A stretch of 64,000 bases of DNA from Octopus vulgaris (GCA_951406725.2 OX597825.1:36518001-36582000); one strand, 5' to 3'; positions 28,191-41,681 are shown, counted from the first letter of the stretch. Notes: generated from the sequence alone by a model not told the origin. Program-made: numbers and translations.

Positions 28191-29098
28191 GACGGGCTTC
28201 CGCTGAGTATCCGTCTACCAATTTCATTTATAGATATGTTTTTTTATTTCACTTACAGATAGAAAACACTTGCCCAAGTTACCATCCAGTGGGAACGAAC
28301 CTAAAACAAGCAAGTAGCTGCAAAGCGAGATTCTCAAGCACTTCTATGCCTGCGCCTATAAAGAAAATATTTTTTCATGTCTGGAAAAAATAGATAAATA
28401 AAATATATAAAAACACAGTTGGAACCCTTTTGATCATAAGGTCTACATGATCATTATTGACCCGGGGTTAAACCACAATAACAACATGTCTTCAGACATC
28501 GTAACTCAATCACTGCAGTAGCATATGTCTAAACGCTTAAATCTCAACACGTCACCAGACACTTATATACGCAGACATGAATGGGCCCTTTAATAGATTT
28601 TGTTTGATTTTAGTTAAAGGTGCTATTATATACGTGCGCACGCGCGCACAGACATTTATACATACACCAACATACACATGCATATATGTATGGAAGAAAT
28701 CGTTTATTGTTATCAGTAATAATTTCGTCATATGATTATCGTTGGATCATTTCCTTTTGATGGACGTCCATCAAAAGGAAAAGATCCTGTGTCTGTGTTT
28801 GTTAACCACCATAGCTCGACAACCGGTGTTGGTTTGTGTATGTCCCCGTAAATTAGCGGTTCGCAAAATGAAACCGATTGAATAAGCATCAGGCTTTAAA
28901 AAAAAAGTACTAGGGTCGATTTATTCAACTAATTGTACTTCAAGGCGGCGCACCAGCATGGTCGCAGCCTACTAGCAGAAAAGAAAAAGAATACGTATAT
29001 ATTTTATTTTATTTTATTTTTTAATTTTATCTAGTTTCAGCTCACGAGCTGTGGCCATGCTGGAGCACCGCCATTTGATGTTGCTACATGATTTTACT

Positions 29099-31990
29099 TC
29101 ACGAATGCTTTTTAGCAACTGCCATTTGGCTCATGAGAGAGTTCGATGCAGCTGCCCTCATCTGCACCTCCTGCCGTGAAGTTGGTTCATCCGGGACACC
29201 TGACAGGAAGAGATCCAGTCCTACTTTAAAGACATCTGCAGCCACCCCATGCAGGTCCCTCAGGTTCTTCGGGAGGATATTGAAGAGCTGTGGGACTCTG
29301 AAGCCCAGGCTATCACAGTATCTTGTCCTACATCTTGATGGTAAATTTGGAGTCCTTGGCACCACGCAGTGGCGCCCAGTTCTGGCATTTGTGTAACTCT
29401 CGATGCCAAAGTTTGGGACAAGTCCTCCCAGGATCTTCCAGATGTATATTATGGCATATCTTTCTCGCCTACGCTCCAAGGAATAGAGTTTTAATCTCTT
29501 GAGTCTTTCCCAGTAGCTTATATGTTGCACAGAGGCTATCTTCTTCGTGTAGCTTCGTTGACCATAGCTGAGAGCAATAGTCAAAGTGGCTTAGGAAAAG
29601 TGTCCTCCAGAGGACCATCATGGTTTCTTGGTCTCTTGTTCTAAAGGTTCTAAGAATCCATCCGGCCAGCCGTCTACATTTCATTGCCAATTTAGCAACA
29701 TGTACATGAAAGATTGCGTCATCACTCATGTAAATACCCAGGTCACGCACAGATTGTGCCTCTGGGATTGCAATCCCTCAAGGTCCAGTGTATTCTTTGG
29801 GTATTGCATTTAGTTTTGCATGCTGATAGCATAAAGCTTGAAACTTTTCAGCATTGAACTGCATGCTATTCTTTTCAGCCCACTTGTATATTTTGTCCAG
29901 CTCACATTCCAGGTGCTTAGTGTTATCAGGGTTCTGTATTGCCTGTGAAACTTTTGTATCATCTGCATAACTTGTGATCGTGGCTCTCTGCGTGGCTGAG
30001 GGCATGTCTGAGAGGGCCATTATGAACAGTAGTGGTCCCAAAACAGTGCCCTGCGGAACACCGCTCACTATTTGCGTGTTAATGGAAGTGGCCCCATTGG
30101 CTACTACCACCTGACTTCACCAGCCATTCTCCCAATTTTCCAACTATGCCAAGATCACGCAGTTTGTGACATATCATTCCATGATCGACTTTATCAAAGG
30201 CCTTTGCAAAGTCGAGATATATCACTTCCACATTTGAGTGGTTGAGCAGTCGTTTCAGCACCCAGGCATAGTGTTGTAGGAGCTGAGTTAAACAGCTTCT
30301 CCCTGGTCGGAAACCATGTTGGGTGTCAGGCCGCAAGTCATTTTCTTCAAGGAAGGTGATTAGTTTCCTTCTGACTATTCGTTCCATGACCTTGCTGATG
30401 TGTGAGGTCAGAGAGATAGGTCTGTAGTTCTTGGCCTCCGCTCTGCTGCCTCCTTTATGAATAGGGCATATTTTACCTTCCTTCAGTTTTCTTGGAAGTT
30501 TGCCAGTTGCAAGGAAGCTCTGAAAGAGGAACTGCAGTGGTCTTGCTAGGACTCTCTTACATACTTTTAGAAGGATTGCCGGGAATCCATCGGGGCCAGT
30601 AGCTGAGTTTGTTTTCATTTCATCTATAGCCTTTATTACATCGTCTTCCTTTATGTTGATGTAATCAATCATCGCTGCCTCTGATTCTATATCTGCAGTG
30701 GTAAAGAAGTCAGTTAGATTGCTGATTTGGAAATGCCCAAGGGGTGGAGTGAAAACACTCTTGAATTGCTCATTTAGTATTTCACTTACCCTCATTGGAT
30801 TTCCTGTGAGTGTGCCATCCTTTTCAAGGAGTGGCCCTATCCTACAGTGCACCGTAGCTGTAGAAAGCTCTGGGGTTAGATTTTATGTTGTCTATAGCCC
30901 AGGCTTCTTTGTCTGCTCTTTCCTTTTCATGGGAGAGTTGCAGACATTTTTCAATTTTCAACAGTTTTATTTTCAGGCGGGACTTTTCACTGCTTTCAAT
31001 TTGTTTGTTTAGGCGATTTGAAACTTTTGTACGCCGTCTCATTAGAATTTTCCTCTCTCTGGGGATTTTGTTCTTGTGTACAGTGGCCTTTCTCTCTGGG
31101 ACACATTTGTAGCATATGGCTTGCATTACAGACATGAATTGTTGAAGTTTCATGTCGATGTCTGGCGAGGAGAGACATTCAGGCCAGTTTTGTTTGAGGA
31201 TCTTTCTCAACTTGTTTCCAGTTTGCCTTATGGAAGTTCAAGCTGGAAAGATTCTGAGAGTTTCTTGTAGGCTGCATGTCCATGCTTTCCTTTGGCCCGT
31301 ACATGGTCAGCTCTACCATGTTGTGATCCGAGAGTAGTGTCGGTGTCACTTTCACATTATGGATGAGATCCATATTATTTGTGAAGCAGAGATCCAGTAT
31401 GTTACCTGCCCTGGTTGGTTGGAGTATTACTTGCTCCATGTACAGGGTGTTGATGAGGTTCAGGAGGGACCTTGCCTGTCCTCGTTCACATCCTGTCATT
31501 CCTGGGAGAGAAAGGCCCTCGGGCCATCTGACATTGGGTAGATTGAAGTCTCCCATAAGAAGTACACTTATGTGTTGTTCTAATGTGACTAGAACTTCTA
31601 TTTTTATAAGGCAGTCTTCAAACTTGCCTACATGGCTTGGGGCATCTGGAGGGCGATATGTAGCACACACAACTACACCAAGTTGCCTTATATGTACAAT
31701 TAGTGTGTCACACAACGAGTTTGAGTATGACAAAAGGACCTGGGGTGTGAGGTCCTCACGGATGTACATAGCAACTCCTCCATGACTCCTTTCTTTTCTG
31801 TCGGTCCGTAGTACAACATACTGTGGTATGTGCAATTTCGCATCTGCTATGTCTGGTTTCAGGTGTGTTTCCGTAAGTGCTATGCATAAGGCTTGATTGC
31901 ATGCAACAAAGTCTCTCGAGAACGGGATTTTTGTCCTATCACTGAGTGTTAGCAGTCCTCTGATGTTCAGTAGGAGCATCGAGGTGAGGT
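29099..31990 (-). pseudogene. LINE ORF2 (APE endonuclease-reverse transcriptase), split by several frameshifts
   Basis: APE motifs LLLNIRGL, IALTETHL, YRPP, MGDFN, LDL, SDH; RT motifs NYRPISLTS, QHGFRPGRSC, YLDFAKAFDKV, GVPQGTVLGPLLF, YADDTK; C-terminal LKLYSLERRRERY. Confidence 0.92.
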
Positions 31991-32857
31991 GTATGCTGCT
32001 GCCGGCGGTGTCCACCTTGGGTCTATTTGCTGTGGCAGTCTTGTGTATTGTGGATAGTCCCATCTGCGAGTTTGAGTTTGATGGAGCCAGGTTAGCTGCT
32101 GTACAATCTTTTGTGCCATGCACAAAAAAGATTCTTGTTCAGCAGCTGCCATTTCAATAACATGTTGGCGGTTTGTAGCACGCACCACATCTGCGTACCT
32201 CCGTTTTGGGGCAGGTGGTGCGTGGTCCATTCCTTTTCCTTTTGGTAGTTGGTTTCTGACCTGTTTCGAGTATATGTGGCAGGGTCTTTGATGTGCAAAA
32301 CGGCAGTCTGCACCTTCCTCTCCATGCCAGCAGACACCTTTCATGTAGAATTTACATATTCGTGTGCCCTGTCTGTTTCTATCCTTTTTGGTACATGGAT
32401 AGTCAGGTTTGCTTCTATCCTTGGCTGTTTCATCTTTTGTTCTTCTTTAAGTTTTTCCTCCTTTTATTTCTTTTTTGGCTCTTTCATCTCCATGGCTTTT
32501 GATGCTGGTAGGAGCACTTACACTTGGGTTTACTTCCCGGGCAGGTTTCTCACTTGAATCTTCTTCCTGGATGTTTACCAAGTGGGGGTGACATCTTTCA
32601 TCAGCACCCGCGCCTTCATCCTTGCCATCTTTACTTTGTTCGTTGTCAAAGATGGCATCAAGCGTGCCAATGTGAGATCTTATGAGTGCATAGGAGCGTA
32701 TAAACTCCTGCTTTTTTCGGTCTATCTGCGCTATCGTTCTTTTATATCCACTGCTCTTCAGCGCAGCTGCAATTATGTTGTTCGGATTATCTCCGTCGGA
32801 GCATTGCCAGGCTCTCAGGAACAACGCCAATTCGTTACTTTTCCAGGTTCTGGACAT
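31967..32857 (-). pseudogene. LINE ORF1 with N-terminal Myb/SANT-like (trihelix) domain and CCCH zinc finger, frameshifted
   Basis: TWKSNELALFLRAW...IAAALKSSGYKRTIAQIDRKKQEF in 32447-32857; CKFYMKGVCWHGEEGADCRFAH (C-x7-C-x8-C-x3-H) around 32290-32360. Confidence 0.65.
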
Positions 32858-33137
32858 TTTTGATATTTTATTTATCTATCTATCTAATTATATTAATTTA
32901 TATTAATTTAATAGTGCGATAGAGGGTAGAGAAGAAATAGAGAAAGAAAGCGGCTATGTATTTAAAGAGAGATTGAGAGCTGAAAGAAGATAAGAAGAGA
33001 GTAATGAAGAGACAAGGAAAGGCGTGAGGGAGAGAAGTGAAGAGACAGAGAGAGAAAGAAGAAATAGAAAATGAATATATATCTGTCCGTAGCTACAGAC
33101 TATTTCTTCTAAACTAAACTAATTGCGACTATACTTC

Positions 33138-33244
<107 letters not shown>

Positions 33245-33933
33245 TATGCACATACACATATATAAACAAAGTAACAAATAAATATATAAATAAATAGATG
33301 TAACGGAGCTAAAACAGAAACCGAAAGATTATTACAGAATGTAAACAGAGAATAGGCCCTTACATTGAATTACGGGAAAATAAATAAATGAAAAGGGGTA
33401 CTTATCTTATAAGAGGTAGAAGTCCCAAAATCTTCTCCCTATACGAAGAGCTTTTTTTCAAAAAAAGAAAAGAAAAACGGTTCTTTTTGCTGTTAGAGTC
33501 GACTGGAAATAAATTTAAAAGATGTCACAACGTGCTTTTTCCGACGGGGAATCTGGCGTGCGTAATTAACTTTAGTGTATTATATTTGGCTTGTAGCGAA
33601 ATATATTGCGGTTTTTAACCAAAATATCCTAGAACACCGCTATGAGATAGCAAGTTCTATGTTTTTTATGAGTTTTCGTCGATTATTTCGTCGATTTATG
33701 CAAATCTTTTTGTTTTTTTTATCACAGAGCAAAGCAACACGTCTTTACTCTACGAAGACCGGAAGTATACATATATATATATTATATTTTATATATGTAA
33801 AGCATAATATGTTATACAGGTATGTATATTGCTTTAATTGTCTTTTTTAAAAATAAATAGACATGATATAATGTCTATAAGTTGATGAATACCAACTCTT
33901 CATCCGCTCCATTTTCTTATTGCTCTCTCTCTC

Positions 33934-34046
<113 letters not shown>

Positions 34047-34169
34047 ATATATATATATTTTTTATATATATATACATATATATGTATGCATATATATATA
34101 TTTATATGTATATATATATATATATTTTATATATATATATATATTTATATATATATACATATATATGTA

Positions 34170-34219
<50 letters not shown>

Positions 34220-34449
34220 TTAATCCAAACAAGAAAGCACAAAAAAAACACAACAACGCGAGGACGTGGAACAAATATAGTATTATTGGAAAGAAGGAAA
34301 GAAGGGGGGTTTACCGTTTGGAGCGGAGCTCTTCGTCGGAATCATAGGAGAAGGAAAGATCCAGAGAAAGGAAGACAGAGGAAAAAAAATCGCCAACGGT
34401 ACACACGAGGTCACATTTATATATGTATATATACATACATACATACATT

Positions 34450-34500
<51 letters not shown>

Positions 34501-34593
34501 CTAATGAAAGGAATTCCTTCAATTGCAAAATGTAAATATATTGAGTGCTAACAGCTGGTTATTAATATTACCTTGGTTTAGCAGCATCAGAAT

Positions 34594-34682
<89 letters not shown>

Positions 34683-35598
34683 GATGTCTGTATCAATATG
34701 AACTTCTACGGGAATGAGCAATTGGAATTCAAAGGAGAACTTTTGTCGTGGGCGGCAAAGATTTCTGCTATATAAACATTTCAAACCGTAGTTTGGTCTC
34801 ATGTCAGCACCGGAAAGAAGACTATCCCCTCCGCACTCAAAGTAGGGAAGTAAAATAGAAATAACAAAGGAAATAATACGATGTCCATAGGGAGCCTCAA
34901 GAATTCAGTGCTTTCCTCTCTCCTAATTTAATATTTTCTCTCTGAGCGGAAATGCAACATCATCCTAGATTGAAAAGCTGAGCTCAAATATGGAAGAAGA
35001 ATTTTATGTTAATCCAAGAGAAGCTATCTCCCAAGATATTTAACTGATTGAAGCATAAATTAAGCTGCAACAGTTCCAAGGTAGCTGTAATGGTTAATAA
35101 TTATTTTGTGTAGGTGGAAAAGGTTGTTTTTGCGCTAAGCAAACGTTTTGGGCGTTTTGTCAGCGTAACGTTTTGGGCGCAAGCACAGAGGGAATTTTCA
35201 GGTGCAGAAGCTCAGTTCGTAGCGACACGGTCCCGGTTTGTATCTTCTGCAAGCGTCTCCTATAATATATACATATATACATATGTATGTATGTATGTAC
35301 ATAACTGTATATATATATCACGTGATTACGTGACCGACCAGACCATCAGATGTTGCTACACATCACTGGTCACAACGTATTCGCATTGTTTTAGCTAAGC
35401 GAGCAGGCCAACTGAAGAAAGAGAGAGAGAAAGAGTGGTGAAAGAGTACAGCAGGGATCACCACCCCCTGTCAGAGCGTCGTGGAGCTTTTAGGTGTTTT
35501 CGCTCAATAAACACACACAACGCCCGGTCAGGGAATCGAAACCGCGATCCTCCAAGCGCGAGTTCGCTGACCTAACCACTGGGCCATTGCGCTTCCAC

Positions 35599-35713
<115 letters not shown>

Positions 35714-35782
35714 GTATTCATGTATATATATATTATATATATTAATAGATATATATTCATTTAATTAACTTGAATCTTTATT

Positions 35783-35823
<41 letters not shown>

Positions 35824-35866
35824 ATATTCAAGTAAATTCATTTAAATTAACTTGAATCTTTATTGC

Positions 35867-35909
<43 letters not shown>

Positions 35910-36310
35910 AAAATAAATTTCTAAATCTCTCGTAGAGACATGTACGGTGGTGGGGCGATAGAATGTTTGTATACTGTCAATCTAACACGAACGTGACAGT
36001 AGGGGGTACACCACCGCTGTATAGCCCTAGGAAGCATCGAACGCCTCCTGATGGCTTTGACACATTTTTCACTGTGTCGCGTTCGATGCTTCCTAGTGCT
36101 ATACAGTGGTGGTGTACCCCCTACTGTCACGTTCGTGTTAGATTGACAGTATACAACCATTCTATCGCCCCACCACCGTACATGTCTCTACGAGAGATTT
36201 AGAAATTTAGTATTTCTTATTTTGATAATCAGTGAATAGACTTCACTGAATTATAGATATATACAATACAAAGTTGAGACAAATATCGCCAGCTGACCGG
36301 TGTCTGCTAC

Positions 36311-36355
36311 TCTAGGCCGATGAAGGACAACGATCCTGAAACACGTGTCCCTAGA
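36311..36355 (+). ncRNA. Type I hammerhead ribozyme (U4C core), unit 1
   Basis: tctagg-CCGATGA-agga-caacga-tcct-GAAA-cacgtg-TC-cctaga. Confidence 0.82.
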
Positions 36356-36673
36356 TGCAGTTCCGGCGGCCGGGGGTGTTTGTCTCCCCTTCGTAAATGT
36401 ATATAAGGACACAGGGGAAAATGTGTCAAAGCCATTAGGAGGCGTTCGATGCTTCCTAGGGCTATACAGCGGTGGTGTACCCCCTACTGTCACGTTCGTG
36501 TTAGATTGACAGTATACAACCATTCTATCGCCCCACCACCGTACATGTCTCTACGAGAGATTTAGAAATTTAGTATTTCTTATTTTGATAATCAGTGAAT
36601 AGACTTCACTGAATTATAGATATATACAATACGAAGTTGAGACAAATATCACCAGCTGACCGGTGTCTGCTAC

Positions 36674-36718
36674 TCTAGGCCGATGAAGGACAACGATCCT
36701 GAAACACGTGTCCCTAGA
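36674..36718 (+). ncRNA. Type I hammerhead ribozyme (U4C core), unit 2
   Basis: Identical to 36311-36355. Confidence 0.82.
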
Positions 36719-36883
36719 TGCAGTTCCGGCGGCCGGGGGTGTTTGTCTCCCCTTCGTAAATGTATATAAGGACACAGGGAAAAATGTGTCAAAGCCATCA
36801 GGAGGCGTTCGATGCTTCCTAGGGCTATACAGCGGTGGTGTACCCACTACTGTCACGTTCGTGTTGGATTGACGGTATACAAC

Positions 36884-36923
<40 letters not shown>

Positions 36924-37080
36924 ATTCAATTTTATATATATATCGTCCTGCTCGCTTAGCCAGCGGGGTGGCGTCATTTGAAGGCTAAAACAATGCGAAG
37001 CGCATTGTGACCAGCGATTTGTAGCAACATCTGATAGCCTAGTCGGTCACGGTGATCACGGTGATATATATACATATATA

Positions 37081-37450
37081 TACGAGCAAAAACCCACCCC
37101 CATCCAATGGGCGGTGCTGAGTTATCAAACATTTAAACGAAATTTTCTCAAAACAACTTTTCCGACCGTCCCATAGGCCTCCCCTTTGAGAAACACTGAT
37201 TTAACCTAAATTTTAGACACCTTGCAATTTTCTCGCGTACGCGTAGTATCGATCGCAACAGCGGGTGTACTTGCGTGTGCAAATGCACGTTCCCACGGCT
37301 TTATCGATCGCATTCTCACCTGGAATTGATTTTTGTAATTTTTCAAAACTTATACACGCCCTGATACCGTCGGTATCTACATATCAAATATGAGCGCAAT
37401 CGGATGGAGGATGCCCGAGATCCTAGAAGACACATAGACAGAACGGATTA
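37081..37450 (+). mobile_element. Possible Helitron/helentron-type non-autonomous element
   Basis: 3' part CATATCAAATATGAGCGCAATCGGATG...GACACATAGACAGA resembles DINE/HINE-like ends; pattern recognition only. Confidence 0.35.
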
Positions 37451-37619
37451 TATATATATATATATATATATAGCTGTGTGGTAAGAACCTTTGCTTCATA
37501 GCCACATGAATTAGAGTTCAGTTCCGTAGCATGGCACATTGGGCAACTGTCGTCTACTAAAGCCCCAGGACGACAAAAAGCCTTGTTTAGTAGACAGAAA
37601 CCGATAGAAGCCCGACGTG

Positions 37620-39164
37620 TAAATACATAAAACCCCCTTGTAATGTACGCAATTTTTTTTCGCAAAAACAAAAATAATCTTTAAGAGGCGTGTAAATTAT
37701 ATGAATAGATCGTTTCCAGAGTGTTTTTAGAAATTTTTCGTTGTTGAAAAATGACGTTCAGATGTAACCACTCGTACCAGAAGTTGACTCATTTAATGTC
37801 AGAATAAGTTTTTACAGAAAAAATATAATGAAGTTGACTTTTATTTATGCTGGACAGTATAATGCTTACTTTTTCTGCATATATTTACTAAAACCATTAA
37901 CAGTTTAGCTACTTTCTGATGTTTGACGTTCATGCCATTAATCACCGTCCGGGGCATATTCTCGCAATGACGCCAGCAATTTCCTTAAATAGATCAGTTT
38001 TTCTCCGCTTAAGAAGTCTAGCTTGCGTATACCTCCAGGGAGCTATTGCTCACTTTCTTGTTAGGACAATGATATTCATGACCGCCGATAACGCCGCTGC
38101 CAGCTCTTACTGCATCTAACGTCTACGACAACATCATAATTCATCGTTGCGCATGTAAACTCACTTCACTTAGCGTTCCTATAGAAACCTTCAATTTACC
38201 TTATACGATGTTTAATGACGCTTCACATTCATGTTGAATTATGCAGCAATCTTATGTTCTCTTCATTAGAACACTTGTAATGTATGTATTACTAGTTCTT
38301 TTGGTATAGTAATTTTTTGCTATTCTTGTCTCCTCACAGACGTATATATTCTAACAAGTCGCTTCTTAAATTTCGCACCTCTATTGTTCAATAAACACTG
38401 AGTTAAACTTGCAAAGCTGCTTATTTTCTCCTTTTGATTTTTATGTTTATTTTAGCGGGTTACCAAACTATCAGGTTGGTCTCCCGGCTAAAACGGTAAT
38501 GACAAATTTTAAAGTTTGCTTGGCATTTTATAAATGTGAAAGGGATTAAAATTTCTATACTCTGTATCAAAGGTTCCGACAAGAATAGGCAGAACATCAG
38601 AGCTTGAGACAAGAAAACACTTTCGACCAATCAGAATTCTGTTTACATCCTCAGTTTGATCGGTCACCTTCCTCTGTCGGTTGAGTAAAGTGTCATATAA
38701 GCTGATATTTATTGGGAATTAAACTTATTTTGCAACACTTGTGCGTATTTATCAGCTTTGTTTTTGTTGATAAAAATTATCAACAACTTTTCCTGTGATC
38801 GTGATTTGAGAAAACATAAAGAAGTATGCTAAAGATCGGACATAATCTCTTGTGGACAAGAAATGTAAAATAAAGTTTATTATAAGTAACACAAACACTT
38901 CGTAATTCAATAGCTTCAATGTGATACCTGTTAAACAGATATAATTTTTATTTAATGAAAATTTAATGAAATCTAATAATAAGTAAGTGAAATAAGTCTA
39001 AATACAACAAAATTGAAAACCTTTTCCCCTGGCCATATCAGCAATTCTGAAAACTTTTGGGAGCGGTTTTTACACGAGTAGAAGCTGTTTTTAACAATTT
39101 TTTATCTTGACAATCACCTGCGGAAATTACACAGGTGCGCAAATTACATGGGTTTTTACGGTAT
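37620..39164. mobile_element. Putative old pogo-like DNA transposon relic
   Basis: Right end TGCGCAAATTACATGGGTTTTTACGGTA has an imperfect inverted match TAAAACCCCCTTGTAATGTACGCA near 37628; interior unique-looking with no readable ORF. Confidence 0.4.
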
Positions 39165-39189
39165 ATACATACATACATACATACATACA

Positions 39190-39277
<88 letters not shown>

Positions 39278-39284
<7 letters not shown>

Positions 39285-39895
39285 TTAATTAAGGGTTCAG
39301 CAACAATTTACTTCACCACACACCGAATTTAGAAATAGCAGTCAAGAAGTTTTGGCTATTCTTTCTACTTAAAAGGGGGATCCCAGTAAAACCAAAGCAC
39401 TTAAAAAACAAACGACGCAGGCAAAAGAGAAAGAAATGACGGAAATCATTCTATATTAAGTTACCTACGGACGTACGTTTCGGAATCAAGTCATTGTAGA
39501 GCATAAAAATTAAATAATTATGTCTTACCTGACTATTTTCCTCCTCAGCGTAGGACTCTTCAATTATAAATAATTGCGTCTCAATTATTAATAATTGTGT
39601 TTTAAATTTGAATGCACTAGAAGACATCACCTCAACTCATGGTATCAGAGCGAGCGTAAGCCTTACCAGTACCACCGAATTCAAAGGTAACTTAATAGGG
39701 CACTTAATATAGGTAACTTAATATAGAATGATTTCCGTCATTTCTTTCTATTTTGCCTGCGTCGTTTGTTTTTTAAGTGCTTTGGTTTTACTGGGATCCC
39801 CCTTTTAAGTAGAAAGAATAGCCAAAACTTCTTGACTGCTATTTCTAAATTCGGTGTGTGGTGAGGCAAATCGTTGCTGAACCCTTAATTAATTA
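39278..39895. repeat. Inverted repeat (~188-bp arms, ~240-bp spacer containing an HHR)
   Basis: 39278-39467 is mirrored at 39710-39895. Confidence 0.92.
39464..39554 (-). ncRNA. Type I hammerhead ribozyme, canonical core
   Basis: cctacg-CTGAGGA-ggaa...ttcc-GAAA-cgtacg-TC-cgtagg; GUC cleavage site, palindromic stem III. Confidence 0.88.
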
Positions 39896-40016
39896 GTATT
39901 ACTTAAACCTTCCTTGCATGGGTCTTTTACATGCCGAACTCTACTTGGTGAAATTGATGATTATATCTAAATTAATTAGTTTCACCCTATATTATTGATA
40001 ATTATATATATATATA

Positions 40017-41303
40017 CGAGGGGCGTTCAATAAGTAATGCCCCTGACCCACTTCCCATAGCAGTAGAGCAACGAAACTTGGCACAGGTATTAGTCTTTTT
40101 CTACATAGGAACAACCCAGAGGTACGCATTTCTCCCATCGTTTGATGCAGTTCTGGAGACCGTTTTCTTAGAAGACCCCAGCTTGGTCCTCCAACCACGA
40201 CGTGACTTCAGAAATCAAGGCTGCATCATCTGGGAAACGCTTTCCTTTCAAAAACAACTTCATGGCTGGGAAGAGGTGAAAATCAGAGGGTGCAAGGTCA
40301 GGAGAGTAGGGGGATGGGGGAAGAGTTCATAGCCGCACGCCTGTGCTTCTGATCTGGCGACACGCGAGTTGTGGACCGGAGCGTTGTCCTGCAGGAGGAG
40401 GATGCCTTTGCTGATCTTGCCCCGCCTCCTGGTTTCGATAGCTTCTCTTAATTTCCTCAAAAGTGAAACATGATAGGCTCCTGTAATTGTGGTACCCTTT
40501 GCCAGGAAATCTGTCATCACTACTCCGTCCTGGTCCCAGAAGACTGTGAGCATGACCTTGCCAGCGGAGGGCTGCACCCTTGCCTTCTTTGGAGGAGGTG
40601 AGTCATGGTGCTTCCACTGCATTGACTGGGCTTTGGTCTCTGGATCATAGTGATGGACCCAGGTCTCATCCTGTGTAATCAGTCTTTTGAAAAATTTTGA
40701 CTCATCTTCTTGGCAAATCCCTAAATTCTTGCTTCTGGAATTCTTGCGTTCTTGCTTCTGGAAAAGTGTGAGCAACCTGGAAATCTATCTGGCAGACACC
40801 TTTTGCATATGCAAATGGTCATGAATGATAGTTTCCACAGACCCGGTACTAATCTTGACCTCATGGGCTATTTGGCGAATAGTTATGCGTCGATCTTCCA
40901 AAATGGCAGCCTCAACTTGACGGACAGATGCCTCATCAATGGCAGAAGGGGTGCGACCAGATCTGGGAGCTGTTTCCGCAGAGTTCCGACCATGTTTGAA
41001 TTCACGATGCCAGCGTTTTACAAGGTCATATGATGGGGCATCATCACCATAAGTTACTTTCATTTCATTAAAAGTCTCCTGTGGTGTGCGTCATTTCAAA
41101 TACAAAAACCGGATCACTGCTCGACACTCAACATGCTCCATTTCCCACTTGACTCATTTCAAACACCTGTAAATCAGAAACCACAATTCGTTCGGAGCTG
41201 TAATTTGCCACTTAATCTATAGAGATATCAATAATTGCACATGCACAATAATTGCACAAACAAAGGCAAGTGGGTCAGAGGCATTACTTATTGAACGCCC
41301 CTC

Positions 41304-41304
<1 letters not shown>
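40017..41304 (-). mobile_element. Complete mariner DNA transposon with disrupted transposase
   Basis: TIRs CGAGGGGCGTTCAATAAGTAATGCC / GGCATTACTTATTGAACGCCCCTCG flanked by TA; ~1.29 kb; motifs PRSGRT, TQDETWVHHYDPETK, GKVMLTVFWD, LLQDNAPVH, HPP; frameshifts and stops. Confidence 0.95.
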
Positions 41305-41380
<76 letters not shown>

Positions 41381-41403
41381 CGTGCGTGTGTGTGTGTTCA
41401 TCT

Positions 41404-41455
<52 letters not shown>

Positions 41456-41560
41456 TTACTTGTTAGAGGATGCGTGGCGTTCAATCATATAATAATATAA
41501 ATAATATATATATATATATATATATGCATATATACATAAGTATATGTACATACTTACATC

Positions 41561-41606
<46 letters not shown>

Positions 41607-41681
41607 GTAGAAAAATACAAACTGGGACAAGAACGTAAAAACATTTAGAAGACGATACAAAATCACGAACGGAACATTCGA

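Larger units (their letters stand above)
35915..36890 (+). repeat. 363-bp tandem repeat (~2.2 units) preceded by an inverted partial unit; retrozyme-like
   Basis: HHRs at 36311 and 36674 are 363 bp apart; 35915-36078 is antisense to the unit; flanked by TA tracts. Confidence 0.92.

Noticed and set aside
30698-32863. Plus-strand ORFs within the LINE
   Set aside because: Antisense shadows of the minus-strand LINE ORFs.
35921-36886. Repeated 79-90 aa ORFs (MVVYCQSNTN...)
   Set aside because: Antisense by-products of the 363-bp structured repeat with no recognisable domain.
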